A DNA stretch of 64,000 bases, from contig OZ244152.1 in assembly GCA_965216125.1 (NCBI GenBank), positions 899,035 through 963,034 on the forward strand, in the 5' to 3' direction. The notes below the pieces were generated by a model. The model worked only from the letters and a program-made list of their open reading frames with translations, ran no database searches and was not told the DNA's origin. This DNA comes from Candidatus Multivorans sp. (GTDB lineage Bacteria; Acidobacteriota; Thermoanaerobaculia; Multivoradales; Multivoraceae). Shown one piece after another: positions 60,444 through 64,000 of this stretch; the stretch's first letter is position 1, and each line of letters opens with the position of its first letter. The translations under genes were made by a program, and so were the position numbers.

Positions 60444-61628
60444 TCAGGTGTACAGCAAGACCGATTCGCGTTCGGCGCGAAACTCGTTCTCGTCGCCGCG
60501 CCAGTTCGCGAACCAGCGTTCGAGCGCAGCCGGCGCGTCGAGGCCGAGCCGGAAGCGATCCGTACCCGTCAGCAGGTCGATCGCCGGCGTGTCCGACACG
60601 AACTCGTAGGGCTCGGCGCGCCAGTCGAAGGCAGGCCCCAACCCATCGCGAAAGGCGAGCAGCAGTTCGAACCCGAGGCGCACCGGCTGAAGGGCCCGGG
60701 CGTCGACGACGCGGAGTTCGACACCGGCACAGACCGCCCCCGCGTGCTTCTGGAACTGGGGCCTGAACATGGCGGGAACCACGGAGACACCGGTCAGTCC
60801 GGCGGCTTCGAGACGGGCCCGGCAGCGGCCGGCGAGCGCGGGCGCGTCGGCGCCGGGAATCCCGAGAAGCTGAAACGGCCGCGTCGTGCCGCGACCCTCG
60901 GACACGGTGGTCGCTTCGAACAGGCACAGCCCCGGGTAGATGGCGGCAGTGTCCGGCGTCGGCATGTTCGGCGACGGGGCCGTCCACGGCCAGCCGGTCT
61001 CCTGCCAGCTCTGCGCGCGCCGCCAACCCTCGACCTCGAAGACGGCGAGCGAGGCGACATCCCACCGGCGTCGGCGAGCCTCCAGAAGGACGATCTCCGC
61101 CAGCGTCAACCCGTGCCGCTGCGGCATGCGAAAGGCGCCCACGAAGGAGGCGAAGTCCAGGTCCAGCAGGTTGCCCTCCACGTCCCGACCGCCAAGAGGA
61201 TTCGGACGGTCGAGGATCCAGACCTCACAGCCCGAGGCGAGCGCGGCCTCCGCCGCCCACACCGCGGTGGCGGCGAAGGTGTAGTACCGCGCGCCCACAT
61301 CCTGGAGATCGATCACCAGCAGGTCGCAGCCGTCGAAGACGGCCGACCGGGGGCGCAGACTGGAGTCATCGTCGCCGTACAGCGAGATCACCGGCGAGCC
61401 GGTCCACGGATCCCGGTCCTCGCGCGAGGCGACCATGTCCTGCTCGACGCCGTAGAAGCCGTGCTCCGGCCCCAGCAGAGCCGCCGCCGGCTGCGCCGCT
61501 CCCAGGGCCACGTGTGCGTGGACGCCGTCGCGGCTCAGCGACGCCTGGTGGCACAGGAGCGCGTAGCGACGGCCCTTCAGGCGTCCGGCGTCGTCGAGAA
61601 GGCGGTCGAGGCCGCAACGGATCGCCAC
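60444..61628 (-). CDS. DUF1343 family protein (YzbB/NamZ-like exo-beta-N-acetylmuramidase family)
   Basis: 394 aa; family resemblance (…RYALLCHQAS…LVIDLQDVGARYYTF…ILDRPNPLGG…). Confidence 0.6.
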   Translation of the reverse strand: MAIRCGLDRLLDDAGRLKGRRYALLCHQASLSRDGVHAHVALGAAQPAAALLGPEHGFYGVEQDMVASREDRDPWTGSPVISLYGDDDSSLRPRSAVFDGCDLLVIDLQDVGARYYTFAATAVWAAEAALASGCEVWILDRPNPLGGRDVEGNLLDLDFASFVGAFRMPQRHGLTLAEIVLLEARRRRWDVASLAVFEVEGWRRAQSWQETGWPWTAPSPNMPTPDTAAIYPGLCLFEATTVSEGRGTTRPFQLLGIPGADAPALAGRCRARLEAAGLTGVSVVPAMFRPQFQKHAGAVCAGVELRVVDARALQPVRLGFELLLAFRDGLGPAFDWRAEPYEFVSDTPAIDLLTGTDRFRLGLDAPAALERWFANWRGDENEFRAERESVLLYT

Positions 61629-61634
61629 GGTCCG

Positions 61635-62117
61635 CTAGGAGGTTGCGCCGCGACGGTACTCGCCGCTTCGACCGCCGCTCTTCGCCTCCAGCAGCAGATC
61701 GGTGATCACGGCGCCCCGTTCGACGGACTTGACCATGTCGTAGAGCGCGAGCGATGCCGCCGCGCACGCGGTCAACGCCTCCATCTCGGCGCCGGTGCGC
61801 GCGGTGACCACCACGCGGCTCCGGATCGTCACGCCTCCCTCGCCGGGTTCGATCTCCACTTCCACCTGGTCCAGCGGCAGTGGATGAGCGAGCGGCACCC
61901 AGGTGGCCGTGCTCTTTGCAGCCTGCACGCCCGCCACCCGCGCCACGGTCAGGGCGTCGCCCTTGGGCAGCTTCTCCAGCCGCGCGACCGTATCGTCGGA
62001 CAGCAGCACCCGGCAGGAGGCCTCGGCGACCCGCCGGGTCACATCCTTGGCCGACACATCGACCATGGCCGCGCGCCCGCGACGATCGAGGTGGCTGAAG
62101 GAGGAATCGGAACCCAT
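61635..62117 (-). CDS. moaC: Cyclic pyranopterin monophosphate synthase MoaC
   Basis: …HLDRRGRAAMVDVSAKDVTRRVA…TACAAASLALYDM…; start ATG 62115-62117 or TTG 62136-62138. Confidence 0.88.
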   Translation of the reverse strand: MGSDSSFSHLDRRGRAAMVDVSAKDVTRRVAEASCRVLLSDDTVARLEKLPKGDALTVARVAGVQAAKSTATWVPLAHPLPLDQVEVEIEPGEGGVTIRSRVVVTARTGAEMEALTACAAASLALYDMVKSVERGAVITDLLLEAKSGGRSGEYRRGATS

Positions 62118-62175
62118 GCCGGCAAATCCGGGAGACAACGAAGTGGCCTCACCTGGGCCGGTAACCTACCGCACG

Positions 62176-62859
62176 ATGCGCCTCGCCATCGTCATGCCGG
62201 TGCTCGAGGAAGAGGGCACCGTACAGGCGGCGGTCGCCGCCGCCCGCAACCACTGCGACGATCTGATCGTCGTCGACGGAGGTAGCCGCGATCGCACGCT
62301 GGAACTGGCGCGGCGAGCCGGCGCCACGGTGGCGACCGCGCCGCGACCGGGCCGGGGTCTGCAACTGCGCACCGGCGCTGCCCTGGCGCTCGACGCCGGC
62401 GCCGACGTGCTGCTGTTCCTCCACGCCGACACACGCCTTCCCGTCTCGGCTCGACCCGCGATAGAAGGAGCGGTCAGCAGAAGAGCCGTCGGCGGCGGTT
62501 TCCTGGTCGACTTCGAAGCGGCGCCGTCGCTCCTGCGCCTGGGCCGCCGCCTGGTCGATCTCCGCACAAAACGGCTGCGTATGCCGCTCGGCGACCAGGC
62601 ACAGTTCGCCACCGCAGCGGCCTATGCCGACTGTGGCGGCTTCGCCGACCTTCCGATCCTGGAAGACCTGGACTTCATCCGGCGTCTCCGTCGGCGAGGA
62701 TCGATCTCGATCATCTCCCAACGGGCTACCACCTCGTCACGCCGATTCATCGAACGCGGGGTCGTTCGGACGGTGGCGACGAATTGGCTGATCTGGCTGC
62801 TCTTCGCAGTCGGCGTGAAGCCCGCGCGCCTCGCCGGCCTCTACCGCCTGGTGCGCTGA
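62176..62859 (+). CDS. Glycosyltransferase family 2 (TIGR04283-like)
   Basis: MRLAIVMPVLEEEGTVQAAVAAAR…LIVVDGGSRDRT…; start may instead be ATG 62116. Confidence 0.65.
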   Translation: MRLAIVMPVLEEEGTVQAAVAAARNHCDDLIVVDGGSRDRTLELARRAGATVATAPRPGRGLQLRTGAALALDAGADVLLFLHADTRLPVSARPAIEGAVSRRAVGGGFLVDFEAAPSLLRLGRRLVDLRTKRLRMPLGDQAQFATAAAYADCGGFADLPILEDLDFIRRLRRRGSISIISQRATTSSRRFIERGVVRTVATNWLIWLLFAVGVKPARLAGLYRLVR

Positions 62860-62885
62860 TGGCCGCCTGGTGCGCTGACGCCCAT

Positions 62886-63080
62886 AGTGTCCGTGCGGCC
62901 ACGGCCGCACGGGGTCACGCAGTGTCCGTGCGGCCACGGCCGCACGGGGTCACGCACTTGTTTTCCGCCTCGGCGGCCAGTTGGCCGCCAAAAGCGCTGA
63001 AGCGCTTAGTGTCCGTGCGGCCGCGGCCGCACGGGGTCACGCACTTGTCTTTCGCCTCGGCGGCCAGTTGGCCGCCAAGG
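62886..63080. repeat. Tandem palindromic (REP-like) repeats
   Basis: 35-nt unit AGTGTCCGTGCGGCCACGGCCGCACGGGGTCACGC at 62886, 62921 and 63007; ~70-nt composite unit (adds ACTTGT(T/C)TT(C/T)CGCCTCGGCGGCCAGTTGGCCGCCA) repeated twice; each part is a hairpin. Confidence 0.8.
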
Positions 63081-63093
63081 CGAATACAAGTGC

Positions 63094-63369
63094 TTAGTTC
63101 AGGGCGTCCTTGAGCGGACGACTGACCTTGAACCGAACGCCGTTGCTCGCGGAAATCTCGATCGACTCGCCGGTCTTCGGGTTGCGGCCCGTGCGGCCGG
63201 CGCGATGCGAGACCGAGAAACTCCCGAGGCCGGGCAGTTGCACACGATCACCGTTCTGCAGGTGGCCGGAGATGCTGTCGATGAGGGACTGGACGGCGTC
63301 CGCCGCCTGCTTCTTGCTCAAACCCGCGCCGTCGGCAACGGCTTCTACGATGTCTGCCTTTCCGGCCAT
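63094..63369 (-). CDS. hup: HU-family nucleoid-associated DNA-binding protein
   Basis: 91 aa; MAGKADIVEAVADGAGLSKKQAADAVQSLIDSISGHLQNGDRVQLPGLGSFSVSHRAGRTGRNPKTGESIEI…. Confidence 0.93.
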   Translation of the reverse strand: MAGKADIVEAVADGAGLSKKQAADAVQSLIDSISGHLQNGDRVQLPGLGSFSVSHRAGRTGRNPKTGESIEISASNGVRFKVSRPLKDALN

Positions 63370-63664
63370 CTAATGTGCTCCTTAGAGTCTTTTGTTGTGA
63401 ACTCAGCCCTTGGGCTGTGTAGATCGGCCCGTCAACCGTCGTCCAATGCTCAAGCCGGGGCTACGGTGCGTAGATCGGCTGGCACTTGGAATCTGGCATT
63501 CGGACTCGCCTTCCGGTATGCTCGGGAACTTTTCGATAGCCCCCTGAACACCCAACGAATCTAGGCCAAAACGGCCCTCCTTGTCAACGCCGACTTGGAC
63601 TTACGGCTGCGTTCCGTCTCACGGCACCCGAGGACGCCGCCTACCGGATTGGGGCCAGAGCTCT

Positions 63665-64000
63665 TCAGTCGGCGATCCGTTCGAGCACCTGCACCGTGAA
63701 GCCGTCATGATCGTCGGCCGGCAGGAGACGCCACACGCCAGGCCCAACGACGTGCTCCACCTCGGGCCGGCGAAGATCGGCCGCGAGATCCCGCCGACGG
63801 AAGTCGGCCCGGGACTCCAGGAACGCCGCGGTCACGACCTCGTTCTCCTCCCGCTCGATGGAACAGGTGATGACCACGAGCAGGCCCCCGGGTCGGACAC
63901 ATTCGGACGCGCCCCGAATCATGGCGAGACCCTCCGTCGAGAGTCGCTCGATCTCGCCGGCGCTGATCCGCCACTTCAGTTCCGGATGCTTGCGCAACGT
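63665..64000 (-). CDS. C-terminal part of an RsmB/NOP2/Sun-family rRNA m5C methyltransferase (5' part beyond window end)
   Basis: …PGGLLVVITCSIEREENEVV… is the characteristic motif-VI (catalytic Cys) region of RsmB/Sun family enzymes. Confidence 0.6.
   Translation of the reverse strand, partial: TLRKHPELKWRISAGEIERLSTEGLAMIRGASECVRPGGLLVVITCSIEREENEVVTAAFLESRADFRRRDLAADLRRPEVEHVVGPGVWRLLPADDHDGFTVQVLERIAD

Noticed and set aside
62886-63080. Possible CRISPR array
   Set aside because: Repeat units abut each other or are separated by a palindromic 17-mer, with no unique spacers and no cas genes nearby; units are self-complementary REP-like hairpins.

Overview
High-GC (~65-70% by eye) bacterial chromosomal segment; almost every real gene is on the minus strand. 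Most six-frame ORFs are overlapping alternate-frame artefacts of the GC content and were ignored. The ORF track treats GTG and TTG as M; start codons were re-derived where possible.

Ordinary content, low coordinates (1-7.5 kb): the conserved rif/str cluster, as rpoB N-terminus, rplL, rplJ, rplA, rplK, nusG, secE, tRNA-Trp, tuf, tRNA-Thr(GGT).

Ordinary content, high coordinates (47.4-64 kb): tRNA-Gly/Tyr/Thr(TGT) followed by housekeeping genes (rlmB, ispDF, frr, pyrH, tsf, rpsB, rpsI, rplM, coaE, rdgB, argF, rlpA, purB, serA, DUF1343/NamZ-like, moaC, GT2, hup, rsmB-like C-terminus).

Between the two tRNA blocks lies about 40 kb that splits the tRNA(Thr-Tyr-Gly-Thr)-tuf arrangement that is contiguous in E. 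coli. It carries:
- a phosphate regulon (phoU-phoR-phoB, divergent OprP-like porin, pstS-C-A-B with a second, degenerate PstB);
- a LolA-like plus LolCDE-like ABC operon;
- metabolic genes;
- two Cys-rich or secreted hypotheticals in a stretch that looks lower in GC;
- a decayed IS21-family element with recognisable terminal inverted repeats, and a frameshifted IS110-family transposase, both beside tRNA-Gly.

Most interesting candidate: a compact minus-strand cassette at 14.2-19.2 kb, hicB-hicA (type II toxin-antitoxin), then a 1037-aa RapA/SNF2-family ATPase with an unusual GKM Walker A, then (after an 8-nt gap) a 450-aa actin/Hsp70/PilM-fold (ASKHA) ATPase. I do not recognise this pairing as a named defence or other system; I propose it as a candidate novel (defence-like) module.

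Other notable structures:
- a ~160-bp MITE-like element with 28-bp perfect terminal inverted repeats and a flanking direct repeat in the purB-serA spacer;
- two copies of a ~135-nt dual-hairpin REP-like element, one abutting the IS110 remnant;
- a 24-bp perfect inverted copy of the tRNA-Gly 3' end;
- tandem palindromic repeats upstream of hup;
- a lineage-specific Cys4 double zinc-ribbon-like insertion in RpoB.
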